A DNA stretch of 45,717 nucleotides from a virus, in IMG/VR virus record IMGVR_UViG_3300045988_052195. One strand, 5' to 3'. Below are positions 33,957-41,658 of the stretch, one piece after another. The notes below the pieces were generated by a model, which was given only the letters and a program-made list of their open reading frames with translations, was not told the origin of the DNA and made no database searches. A program made the position numbers and the translations under genes. Within the stretch, counting starts at the first letter, position 1; every line of letters starts with the position of its first letter.

Positions 33957-34132
33957 TCCTTACCACCATCCTGTTCCATCACCGCTTTTGCAAGCTCACG
34001 ATCTACTGCGTGCTCCAAAATTATGGCGATCTGATGGACTTCACTCCTTGTCAATAGCCGGTATCCTGTGACCTCGTGAATGAGTCTTCTTAGATCTCGC
34101 AAATCTGTTGTGGTTGCCATTTCATCATTCAT
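33953..34132 (-). CDS. 59-aa hypothetical protein
   Basis: ATG 34132 follows GGGAGGG and overlaps the methylase stop (ATGA). The longer track ORF overlaps the methylase and is rejected. Confidence 0.55.
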   Translation of the reverse strand: MNDEMATTTDLRDLRRLIHEVTGYRLLTRSEVHQIAIILEHAVDRELAKAVMEQDGGKE

Positions 34133-34812
34133 AATTTCCCTCCCCATTGTTCCGCCATTGCCTTTGCGATTCCCGGAAACGTTTTTGATCTTACTCCCGC
34201 GTCCCGGCTGTATGTATCTTCCCATGTCCGGGCTTTCCCGCTCGGTAATCTTCCGAACATTTTCGCATTGTCCGGTTTTGGAAGCCCGGTTCCCTCCAAT
34301 GGTGGCAAACCTTTCAGCCATAAGCATGTACGCTTTGTTACATAGTTCTCAGTATCTTCTACACTCTCAGCGAACATATAAGGATCTATAATCTGATCCG
34401 CTTTGCGGTATGCACTATTCATAAATCCAACCGGGTTCTCAATGCAGATCTTGTCGATGTGCGCCAGTGCAAAATGCATGAAGAACACCGCGCCGTATGC
34501 TCGCTCTCTCCACCGCTCCGCAACCTTCTCCGGTTCTGTGCATTTCAGCGAGAAAAATCTCGTTGCCACGTTCGACAGATAGGTGCACGGCGGATGAGCA
34601 ATCAGCATGTCCCATTTTCCTACATTATGAACTCTGCCGTCCATCGTCACCACTGCCCCCCCCTCAAGCGTTTTGAGCGCATCGTTAAGGATGTGCCACT
34701 CTGGATGACCACCAGATGGCTTTTTGATGTCGCAGCTATACGCTTCATGCCCTAAGTCGCGAAACGCCTTGCAAACGGTCTGTGACTCTTCACATGCGAC
34801 TAACACTTTCAT
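34129..34812 (-). CDS. Short DNA cytosine-C5 methyltransferase-like protein
   Basis: 227 aa from ATG 34812. KVLVACEESQ, the catalytic-type AHPPCTYLS, ENP and TFPGIAKAMAEQW motifs are as in short phage Dcm-like methylases. Confidence 0.6.
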   Translation of the reverse strand: MKVLVACEESQTVCKAFRDLGHEAYSCDIKKPSGGHPEWHILNDALKTLEGGAVVTMDGRVHNVGKWDMLIAHPPCTYLSNVATRFFSLKCTEPEKVAERWRERAYGAVFFMHFALAHIDKICIENPVGFMNSAYRKADQIIDPYMFAESVEDTENYVTKRTCLWLKGLPPLEGTGLPKPDNAKMFGRLPSGKARTWEDTYSRDAGVRSKTFPGIAKAMAEQWGGKL

Positions 34813-34903
34813 TCTGCGCACCCTCCCATCATCGGTGATCTCTGCGCCCATCTCCCGTTATTTCTCTTTTCTGTCAGCCTGTTCATGCTTACTCCTTCCC
34901 TCT

Positions 34904-35137
34904 TTAGAATTTCTTTTTGACAATTATTCCATAATCGCCGGTCTCTACAAAATAATCCCAAATAACTTCCCTAAATTTCATCCGGCAGTCCTCGCACATG
35001 TCAACTTCACGGCTTGCCACTGAACGCGAATCACCGTCTCCAACATACGGGACTGTTTGTCTTATGATTTTACCTCTCAGCTCGGTTTCCTTTCCGCAAA
35101 TGTCGCACTGATAGATTGTCTTTTGAGTAATTGCCAT
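34904..35137 (-). CDS. Zinc-ribbon protein
   Basis: 77 aa with GGAGGTG RBS. CDIC...CEDC. Confidence 0.6.
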   Translation of the reverse strand: MAITQKTIYQCDICGKETELRGKIIRQTVPYVGDGDSRSVASREVDMCEDCRMKFREVIWDYFVETGDYGIIVKKKF

Positions 35138-35140
35138 CTC

Positions 35141-35449
35141 TCACACCTCCCACAAGAATTTATTCCACTTCACGATATCGTCCCACCGGAAGCTCTCTTC
35201 GCACCCTGTCCTCCCAGGATGCGGACTTAACAGCCTCGTGTGGACAAAATGTGGATAAACCGCAATCACCTTCGCTTTTCTGTGGACTTCCGTCCTGTTA
35301 TTGCAAGCTTCTGTTGTACTGCATTTGAGCGTCCATACCGTCAGCTTATCCCCTGGCTTAACCTTATGCGCGGCAAGCGCGATCCTGTCCATAAAAATCT
35401 GCGCCTGCGTGTACCGCTGGAGCTTTTCCTCATCTTTACCCAATAACAT
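35141..35449 (-). CDS. Hypothetical protein
   Basis: 102 aa, in an operon with its neighbours. No motif. Confidence 0.6.
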   Translation of the reverse strand: MLLGKDEEKLQRYTQAQIFMDRIALAAHKVKPGDKLTVWTLKCSTTEACNNRTEVHRKAKVIAVYPHFVHTRLLSPHPGRTGCEESFRWDDIVKWNKFLWEV

Positions 35450-35458
35450 GATTTCCTT

Positions 35459-36001
35459 TTACCTTTTCCCTCTCTTGTATGCCTCCGCAAGCCCATTAAG
35501 CACACTCTTGCGAGTTGTGTCCCAGTCCTCTCGGAATTTCTGGTCTATAATATCCTCAAGCTCTCCCTCTACCCATATGAGGTAGCGTCCATCGTGCAAG
35601 CGCCCCCCCTTCGCCATGCTTGGGATTTTCCCCGCAGGTGCTCCGGTTTTTCTGGCCACTTCTGCCAGAGGTGCATTTCGGCATATTACGTGATTCATCA
35701 CGATATCTTTTACGCCATATGCAAGCATATTACGTTCCTCCTGTTTTTCTCCGGTCAAAATCCATTTGACGGTCTTATCCCACTCATGTCTCAGTGTCTC
35801 TTTGCTCGGGTCATATCCAACTCGGCTCCCAGACTTGTATATCAGCCAACGTCGTTTATATGCATTCTGTGATTTTGCGTACTGGTGCACTCTATCGGCA
35901 TCGATTCCGATCAGGAGAGTAAGATCACGAGATGTTTTGTTGACGCACACTGTTTCGTTTGTTTCTCGGTCAATGACCGTATACAGCGCCATATTCCCCA
36001 T
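35459..36001 (-). CDS. Hypothetical protein
   Basis: 180 aa with GGAGGTGG RBS. No motif. Confidence 0.6.
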   Translation of the reverse strand: MGNMALYTVIDRETNETVCVNKTSRDLTLLIGIDADRVHQYAKSQNAYKRRWLIYKSGSRVGYDPSKETLRHEWDKTVKWILTGEKQEERNMLAYGVKDIVMNHVICRNAPLAEVARKTGAPAGKIPSMAKGGRLHDGRYLIWVEGELEDIIDQKFREDWDTTRKSVLNGLAEAYKRGKR

Positions 36002-36304
36002 CTACTTCCACCTCCCTGTCATCCGCAGCCAGTCGTAGAAATCCGCTAATGTCCGGCGCTGATATGCGTAGAAATCATCAGCCTTTGCTGGTATCCCGCC
36101 TCGCCTGCGCCTCAAGCTTATGTATCCGATTCCTTCGGTGATGCTCTCGTATATCAGCAGTTCTAATCCTGGCGCTTTCGATATCGCACACTGGAAGAGT
36201 CTGAGCTTGTCTTCTTGGTCCATGTTACGGCAATAATTCCGTAGTTTCTTCGCATCTTCCGGCGATATCCCGTAATAATCATAGCTCTTGTCCCGCGTTC
36301 TCAT
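36002..36304 (-). CDS. Hypothetical protein
   Basis: 100 aa with GGGAGGTG RBS. Confidence 0.6.
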   Translation of the reverse strand: MRTRDKSYDYYGISPEDAKKLRNYCRNMDQEDKLRLFQCAISKAPGLELLIYESITEGIGYISLRRRRGGIPAKADDFYAYQRRTLADFYDWLRMTGRWK

Positions 36305-36981
36305 CCCGCACCTCCCTTGATGTCAGCATAGATCAACTCATCGTAGTTGTAATTGCGCTGTTCAAAGTTAGAAAAGCGGGTCTGAGATTTCTTTTCTGTG
36401 CCTTTGGCGGTTGATTCCTGCCGCTGGCTTCTCTCCCAGTTCCGTGTTGCTGCTTTCCAGTCTTTCATGTGATTCTTGCCTACCATCCAGCCTTTGGCAG
36501 AGTAGAAATCTACAAATCGATCAGCATCAACATGCGTGTATCCCATTTCCCGGCAATATTCCCTCACATTCTCCGGAGTGGGTGGCGCGAAGCGCTTTTC
36601 TTTAACACCCTTTAGGGTGTTTTCTTTTATATCATTATCATTTACATTTACATTATCATTAGGTTTCGGTTTGGTTTCGGTTTGGTTTCGGTTTGGTTTC
36701 GGTTTGGTTTCTACTTGGTTTGCATTTGGTTCTGGTTTGGTTTCGGTTTGGTTATCAGTTGATTTCCTTCCGCCTTTCAAACTGTTCTCATATCGTTTGT
36801 TGTTTTTGTCAATCTGTGGTTTGACCAGCGCCAGAATTGATTTGCTTACTCCAGACACCTCTTCGCATTTTCCATCAAGCCCATATCCAAGTATTGCCAT
36901 AACCGACGCTTTAAATTCTTCCGGAGGCAAATCCTCCACGGCCTGGTAGAAACTGCGGTAGAACACCATGCTCTCTCTCAT
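36301..36981 (-). CDS. Replication initiator / replisome organiser with internal ETKPKPN repeats
   Basis: 226 aa from ATG 36981 (ATGA overlap, GGGAGG RBS). N-terminus MVFYRSFYQAVEDLP..E.F (DUF6291-like), a central repeat linker, and C-terminus VREYCREMGYTHVDADRFVDFYSAKGWMVGKNHMKDWKAATRNWE, typical of phage organiser C-termini. Confidence 0.6.
   Translation of the reverse strand: MRESMVFYRSFYQAVEDLPPEEFKASVMAILGYGLDGKCEEVSGVSKSILALVKPQIDKNNKRYENSLKGGRKSTDNQTETKPEPNANQVETKPKPNRNQTETKPKPNDNVNVNDNDIKENTLKGVKEKRFAPPTPENVREYCREMGYTHVDADRFVDFYSAKGWMVGKNHMKDWKAATRNWERSQRQESTAKGTEKKSQTRFSNFEQRNYNYDELIYADIKGGAG
36662..36753. repeat. About 8 tandem copies of 11-bp unit GGTTTCGGTTT, candidate origin iterons
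   Basis: GGTTTCGGTTT x4, then degenerate units (GGTTTCTACTT, GGTTTGCATTT, GGTTCTGGTTT, GGTTTCGGTTT). An AT-rich repeat patch (CATTATCATT x2, TTTACATT x2) lies at 36630-36660. Confidence 0.6.
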
Positions 36982-37304
36982 TTTCCCGCCTCCCACTCTC
37001 TGTAAATGGTGATCCAGTCGGAGAGACGCATCGTTACAAGCCATTCACAGTGATCCCGGCGGTGGAACACGGTCGGTAAGAGTCCGGGAAGGGCATCGTG
37101 TACAGCCTGTGAGATGGCATCCAGAATATTTAGCCGCTCTACACGCTTGCACTCAATGTGGATTCCCGGCAAACCGATCACATCGGCGTTTCCTGCTGCT
37201 CCACAATACTGCTGACCACGCTTTGTATCGTATCCGTACTCACGGAGGATTTTGGCAAGTTCTCTTTCTCCACGCTTTCCGCGCTCTCTTTCTGCCTTAC
37301 CCAT
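36978..37304 (-). CDS. PD-(D/E)XK nuclease, putative Holliday-junction resolvase
   Basis: 108 aa. GKRGERELAKIL...NADVIGLPGIHIECK gives the D...E-x-K motif. It sits in the recombination/replication block. Confidence 0.55.
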   Translation of the reverse strand: MGKAERERGKRGERELAKILREYGYDTKRGQQYCGAAGNADVIGLPGIHIECKRVERLNILDAISQAVHDALPGLLPTVFHRRDHCEWLVTMRLSDWITIYREWEAGK

Positions 37305-37647
37305 TTTTACATTCCCCCATCTCCATCTGCTGTACTCTGCTTATAAGCTTCTGTGCGCCCCTACATGACTTCCGTATGGACTTCGCCCTGCGGTTCTGCC
37401 CTGTTACCCATTCAACGGCTTCTGTGACTCCCTGTGCGTCCTCTGTGGCAATGTAGTAGCCACTTCCATCAGTGGCGGAAAGTATCGGCTCTTCTTCTCT
37501 GAGCCGCTCGATGCATTCTCTTATCAGCCGGTCCGGGTATCCTGTCGATTCCACGATCTGTCTGCGGCTGACCGCATTTTCTTTCCCTATGCCCAGCGTA
37601 TTGTACACGATGAGCATAGCAAGATTCATGTCTACCTTCTCTTTCAT
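37297..37647 (-). CDS. Winged-helix DNA-binding protein
   Basis: 116 aa from ATG 37647 (AAGGAGG RBS). AVSRRQIVESTGYPDRLIRECIERLREE is wHTH-like. Confidence 0.55.
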   Translation of the reverse strand: MKEKVDMNLAMLIVYNTLGIGKENAVSRRQIVESTGYPDRLIRECIERLREEEPILSATDGSGYYIATEDAQGVTEAVEWVTGQNRRAKSIRKSCRGAQKLISRVQQMEMGECKNG

Positions 37648-37745
37648 TGCTCCTCCTTTCCGCCCCGGAATGATCCGGGGCTTGAGGTATGTATTAAAAT
37701 GGCACTCGATAAGATGCTGTGACATGTAAATGTGCCATTTGGAGG

Positions 37746-38042
37746 TTATAAATAAGACTTCCCAAACTCTCGTATGAAGTCTTCCCTGCTGCCGTGATTC
37801 TTCTCGTAATCTCTCTGGCAGCGCTGTTTCAGATACTTATCAATCTTCAAGTTCTCTTTCGTGCGTTTGAACATCGCCCCATTTGGGTGCAGTGTCGGGT
37901 GCAACGGGATCACATATCCGTACACTTCCGATCTGCTGCGATTCGCAGCACCGAAGACATGATGTCTTTCCACTTCCGGCGATCCCGTAAAGTAGCAGTG
38001 ATCCATATCATCGGTAAAGATGCTCCATAATTTCTTAGCCAT
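37746..38042 (-). CDS. Hypothetical protein, possibly a small HNH/ββα-Me-like nuclease
   Basis: 98 aa. CYFTGSPEVERHHVFGAANRSRSE...PLHPTLH. Confidence 0.35.
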   Translation of the reverse strand: MAKKLWSIFTDDMDHCYFTGSPEVERHHVFGAANRSRSEVYGYVIPLHPTLHPNGAMFKRTKENLKIDKYLKQRCQRDYEKNHGSREDFIREFGKSYL

Positions 38043-38604
38043 GATGTCCTTTCTCGTATGCGTCCATAAGGCGGTTAAACTCGTCTGGTGCTATTGTTGG
38101 TATGCCGCACTGCTTACACTCGTCTATAAGCCCGTTCAGAAGCTCAGAGAACTCTTTGGTGTCATAGTCATGTGAGCCACGGAGGAGGAAATATACCCGG
38201 TCACGCTTGCCATTCCATTCAATTTCAATCGTCTGCGATGTTGGGCGGATATGGTACTCTGCCGCTTCCAGTGCTTTCCGTTCTGCCTCGTCCGTGTCTG
38301 GAATCCGCAGTGGAACGCACTGGCCATCAATCATTTCAAGCTGCCCATACCGTCTTAGCATCTGATTATGGAGATACGGTTTACTGACCTTCAAGGCTTC
38401 TGCCAACTCCCCTAAGAGCTTCCAGTACATCCCGTTTGCATCAAGACTCCGTTTCTTCCGGTAGACCTTCGTTACGATGGTGAGGAGCTTGTCCTTCATC
38501 TGATCGAGTCCGGCTACGATGTCTCCGTCCACCTCAAAGGTGATATTCCACTTTCCTGTCACCCAATCCTTCGCGACTCCTTTAAGCTTTCCAGTACACT
38601 CCAT
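38035..38604 (-). CDS. ninB: NinB/Orf-family recombination mediator
   Basis: 189 aa. RSLDANGMYWKLLGELAE and GSHDYDTKEFSELLNGLIDECKQCGI align with lambda NinB RSLDQNRKLWACLGDVS and STSRMRVGEFAELLELIQAFG. Confidence 0.65.
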   Translation of the reverse strand: MECTGKLKGVAKDWVTGKWNITFEVDGDIVAGLDQMKDKLLTIVTKVYRKKRSLDANGMYWKLLGELAEALKVSKPYLHNQMLRRYGQLEMIDGQCVPLRIPDTDEAERKALEAAEYHIRPTSQTIEIEWNGKRDRVYFLLRGSHDYDTKEFSELLNGLIDECKQCGIPTIAPDEFNRLMDAYEKGHHG

Positions 38605-38609
38605 GTGAT

Positions 38610-39272
38610 TTACCTCGTTGGCTCATTCCACAGCAAGCCCTCGTCTGCTTTGTCTGGCACATTCGCCGGCGCTGATGGCGTCTTCTTAAAGTTCATCATA
38701 GCCGTTTCAAACTGCTTTACGGTCAGCTCAGCAAGTGACGGTGCGCCGATGAATTTGAGGATCGCTTTTGCAGGTTTTCCGATACGCTTACACTCTGCAA
38801 GGAAAGTGTCCCGCATCTGATCTGTCGCGTATACCGGCGTACTCGGCGGTGGTGTCTCTGCGTCCGGGTCCTGCATCTCCTCTGTTGGAATGCAGAATAC
38901 CTGGAAGCACGCATATTTGAACGCTGAGCTCATCGCTTTATTGCTTGCCTTATCACCGCTGTCCATTCCTTCTCCCGGCACTATCGTGTAAATGGATGAG
39001 CCGTCTTCCGCATAAAAGGTATATTTGACAGAGAGAACGGAATAGATAGTATTTTTTCCATTCGCTGTCTGACGTTCTTCCCGCTTTTGGCTGACTACTT
39101 CCGGTACCATAAAAAGCTTATGCTTGATAAATGCCGGGTTGAGTGCGTTCATAACATCATCAACACCGCGGTACATGTAGTTCTGCTTGTCGTTTCTGCT
39201 GTTCTTCCCAACCGCTCCAATCTCTTCCATCACGGCGTTGATCGTCTCGAAAATGTTCTTTTTTTCTGCCAT
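38610..39272 (-). CDS. erf: ERF-family single-strand annealing protein
   Basis: 220 aa from ATG 39272. NYMYRGVDDVMNALNPAF..H and DSGDKASNKAMSSAFKYACFQVF are ERF hallmarks. Confidence 0.8.
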   Translation of the reverse strand: MAEKKNIFETINAVMEEIGAVGKNSRNDKQNYMYRGVDDVMNALNPAFIKHKLFMVPEVVSQKREERQTANGKNTIYSVLSVKYTFYAEDGSSIYTIVPGEGMDSGDKASNKAMSSAFKYACFQVFCIPTEEMQDPDAETPPPSTPVYATDQMRDTFLAECKRIGKPAKAILKFIGAPSLAELTVKQFETAMMNFKKTPSAPANVPDKADEGLLWNEPTR

Positions 39273-39493
39273 CACGCCACCTCGATTTCATCTGCCTTAT
39301 TCAGTGCGACATCCTTATAAATCGTCTTTCCTGCAAACTGGAATGGCTTTCCGTCATCTACATAGGCGGTGATCCATTTCCCGTTATCAACGAGGGATAA
39401 GACCTTACCCTCCAAGGTATTCCAGTCAAATCCGCCGTACCCTCTGATGATGATGTGATCCCCGACCTTAAGATCGTTTGCTTTCTTCAACAT
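39272..39493 (-). CDS. Hypothetical protein
   Basis: 73 aa with GGAGG RBS. TGATG coupling to erf. Confidence 0.6.
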   Translation of the reverse strand: MLKKANDLKVGDHIIIRGYGGFDWNTLEGKVLSLVDNGKWITAYVDDGKPFQFAGKTIYKDVALNKADEIEVA

Positions 39494-39614
39494 GTTCTTC
39501 CGCCTCCATCGTTCTTACTCTATTGATCCGGCGTTTCATATCCTTCCGGCACTTCTCACAGAGGAGACCGCCGTCTTCCAGATATGCACCGCAACAGTCA
39601 CATCTTTCCGGCAT
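39468..39614 (-). CDS. 48-aa zinc-ribbon mini-protein (putative)
   Basis: MPERCDCCGAYLEDGGLLCEKCRKDMKRR... GGAGG RBS 9 nt upstream. It overlaps both neighbours. Confidence 0.4.
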   Translation of the reverse strand: MPERCDCCGAYLEDGGLLCEKCRKDMKRRINRVRTMEAEEHVEESKRS

Positions 39615-39921
39615 ATCGTAACTCCTCCATGACATTCTTGATTTCATTCTTAAGATCTGTCAGCTCTGCGTCTTTGATATGCACATCAATATAGGATTCC
39701 ATTGCGTGGTCACTCGGGTTCCCGGAACTCCAACCATCATTGTATACATTCACAGCGACTCCTGCCGTATGCCCTGAGAAGTGAAAAAACGCTGTGGGCT
39801 TGTTCCCAGTAAGCGCTCTCTGTCTGGAATATGTGCCGTTGATCTCCAGCACCATTTCCAGAATCTCATGCACCTTCTTCCGGCGCAGCTTCTCAACTTT
39901 CTTTTCCAGTCTCTTCTTCAT
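39598..39921 (-). CDS. Hypothetical protein
   Basis: 107 aa with AAGGAGG RBS. Confidence 0.6.
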   Translation of the reverse strand: MKKRLEKKVEKLRRKKVHEILEMVLEINGTYSRQRALTGNKPTAFFHFSGHTAGVAVNVYNDGWSSGNPSDHAMESYIDVHIKDAELTDLKNEIKNVMEELRYAGKM

Positions 39922-40621
39922 TGGAATCCTCCTTGCTCAAATCGATCTGAAGCTTTGCCAGCGCAATAGCAGCTTTATAAGCTCGTGCATGTTTATTGTT
40001 CCCATGCGTTTTCTCTACGGCTTCGAAGAATTGATCTATGTCTCCTTTAAAGCATCCACATTTTACGCCGATTGTAAGATGCTTTGTGCGGAAGAAAGTG
40101 GTGAAATCATTTCTGCTACCGAGGGGGCCAACAGTAAGATAATGAGACATTCTAAACACCCGCGCATCGCCGGACACCCGCGCATTGCCGGACACCTGCG
40201 CATCGCCGTACACCTGCGCATCGCCGGACACCTGCGCATTGCCGGACACCCGCGCATCGCCGGACACCTGCGCATCGCCGTACACCTGCGCATCGCCGTA
40301 CACCTGCGCATCGCCGGACACCTGCGCATCGCCGTACACCTGCGCATCGCCGGACACCTGCGCATCGCCGGACACCCACGCATTGCCGGACACCCACGCA
40401 TCGCCGGACACCTGCGCATCGCCGGACACCCGCGCATCGCCGTACACCCACGCATTGCCGGACACCCACGCATCGCCGTACTGATCGAGATTTCCTTCTT
40501 TCTCGACAAATCCTCCAAGCTCTCCCTCTTTAACGTCTCCAAAGGCTACCAGAGCCTTAATTCTGAAAAGCGTTCTGCCGAACTTCACAATGCTTTCGGC
40601 TGTTAATTCATATTTTTTCAT
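39893..40621 (-). CDS. Hexapeptide-repeat (left-handed beta-helix-like) protein with a globular C-terminal domain
   Basis: 242 aa from ATG 40621 (GGAGGA RBS). About 18 consecutive G-[DN]-A-x-V-x hexapeptides, then a 90-aa non-repeat tail. Confidence 0.75.
   Translation of the reverse strand: MKKYELTAESIVKFGRTLFRIKALVAFGDVKEGELGGFVEKEGNLDQYGDAWVSGNAWVYGDARVSGDAQVSGDAWVSGNAWVSGDAQVSGDAQVYGDAQVSGDAQVYGDAQVYGDAQVSGDARVSGNAQVSGDAQVYGDAQVSGNARVSGDARVFRMSHYLTVGPLGSRNDFTTFFRTKHLTIGVKCGCFKGDIDQFFEAVEKTHGNNKHARAYKAAIALAKLQIDLSKEDSNEEETGKES
40157..40480. repeat. 18 tandem copies of an 18-bp unit (CACCYRCGCATYGCCGKA)
   Basis: Counted directly. The units differ at 3-4 positions. They encode the hexapeptide repeats. 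Confidence 0.9.
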
Positions 40622-40854
40622 TCCATGTCCTCCATTCCCCACATCATCGGGATCACTGACAGCCCAACAAATACTGCTGTAACTCCTGCGGATGCATACG
40701 GCACTACAAGAGCAAATACTCCGAGCATCGCCATATACAACGTTGCAAGCCGGACTATCCAGCGTACTGCCTGCCGGACCATCATCTGGCGCTTCTTCGC
40801 GCGGATCCGGCGCTTTGCTTCACTCTGGCACGTAATTAGGATCATTGACTTCAT
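40618..40854 (-). CDS. Small membrane protein
   Basis: 78 aa with AGGAGGGG RBS. A basic N-terminus is followed by two TM segments. Confidence 0.6.
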   Translation of the reverse strand: MKSMILITCQSEAKRRIRAKKRQMMVRQAVRWIVRLATLYMAMLGVFALVVPYASAGVTAVFVGLSVIPMMWGMEDME

Positions 40855-40866
40855 CTCTTTCCCCTC

Positions 40867-40956
40867 CTATATCGTTGGCATTAAGATGAGTAAGATGAAA
40901 AGCACCAGCCCCATCAGACCGAACAGCCCAAGCAGCTCGAAATCTTCTTTTTTCAT
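40867..40956 (-). CDS. 29-aa single-TM peptide
   Basis: MKKEDFELLGLFGLMGLVLFILLILMPTI. AGGAGGGG RBS 5 nt upstream. Confidence 0.5.
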   Translation of the reverse strand: MKKEDFELLGLFGLMGLVLFILLILMPTI

Positions 40957-40967
40957 CTCATCCCCTC

Positions 40968-41123
40968 CTATCTATTCATCCACGCGGAGATGATCCATGC
41001 CAAGTTGCTCCCCACCGCGAACGCCGCTGTTATAGTCCACGCGATCATCCACTTGATTGTTTCCATTCTCGCCTGCGTAATCACTTCACTTGCCAGCGGA
41101 CTATCTTTTGTGCTCTCATCCAT
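40968..41123 (-). CDS. 51-aa membrane protein
   Basis: MDESTKDSPLASEVITQARMETIKWMIAWTITAAFAVGSNLAWIISAWMNR. AAGGTG-type RBS. Confidence 0.45.
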   Translation of the reverse strand: MDESTKDSPLASEVITQARMETIKWMIAWTITAAFAVGSNLAWIISAWMNR

Positions 41124-41125
41124 CT

Positions 41126-41236
41126 TTATTCACCTTTCTTGTCGTGCTTTTCGTTATCGATCCGATCCGCCCATACACACAGCCACGCAAGCGTACCAAC
41201 GGCTCCGATCACGGCTCCCAACAGGAACATTGTCAT
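41126..41236 (-). CDS. 36-aa single-TM peptide
   Basis: MTMFLLGAVIGAVGTLAWLCVWADRIDNEKHDKKGE. GGGAGGTGG RBS. The longer track ORF lacks an RBS. Confidence 0.5.
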   Translation of the reverse strand: MTMFLLGAVIGAVGTLAWLCVWADRIDNEKHDKKGE

Positions 41237-41250
41237 TCCGTCCACCTCCC

Positions 41251-41478
41251 TTACAGATAATCCGCTTTTTCGCTGTCCGGAACCTTGCCGATCTGCATCA
41301 GAATCCACAGCTCTCCGGAGCGGAATGTCGCTGGATTGCGGAGGCGATTGTAATAAGTGCTGATCTTAAGCCCCAGACACTTCGCCATCTTCTCGTTGTC
41401 GTACTGCTTCTGCGCCTTGACTTTGGCGATCAGCACGCGGATGTTATCACTCTTCTCTTTCCCATACGTGACTTTCAT
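41251..41478 (-). CDS. Small putative DNA-binding protein
   Basis: 75 aa. KMAKCLGLKISTYYNRLRNP is HTH-like. AGGGGTGAG RBS. Confidence 0.5.
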   Translation of the reverse strand: MKVTYGKEKSDNIRVLIAKVKAQKQYDNEKMAKCLGLKISTYYNRLRNPATFRSGELWILMQIGKVPDSEKADYL

Positions 41479-41490
41479 GCTCTCACCCCT

Positions 41491-41637
41491 TTATTTGTCT
41501 TTCTGATCCTTACAGGCTTCCGTGTTGCAGTCAATCACTCCAGCCATATAGCCGAGGATATAATGCTTTTTATCTTCCGGGAGCTTGTCAATCTGCGTTG
41601 TTACATCTCTGATAAGATTTCTTTTTTCGTCTGACAT
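41491..41637 (-). CDS. 48-aa hypothetical protein
   Basis: MSDEKRNLIRDVTTQIDKLPEDKKHYILGYMAGVIDCNTEACKDQKDK. AAAGGAAG RBS 8 nt upstream. Confidence 0.45.
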   Translation of the reverse strand: MSDEKRNLIRDVTTQIDKLPEDKKHYILGYMAGVIDCNTEACKDQKDK

Positions 41638-41658
41638 GTGTTACACTTCCTTTCTGCG

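Noticed and set aside
33953-34327. 124-aa version of the ORF downstream of the C5-methylase-like gene
   Set aside because: Its first 65 codons overlap the methylase in another frame. An internal ATG with a GGGAGGG RBS and an ATGA stop-start overlap gives the credible 59-aa product.
40157-40480. The 18-bp tandem array considered as a CRISPR array
   Set aside because: The repeats are contiguous with no spacers, are only 18 bp long, and lie inside a coding frame.
39794-40606. Long ORFs in several other frames across the repeat array (39794-40606 +, 40185-40484 +, 40063-40542 -, 40152-40469 -)
   Set aside because: All are by-products of the 18-bp tandem repeat, which stays open in every frame. 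Only the frame with an RBS, non-repeat N- and C-terminal domains and operon context is credible.
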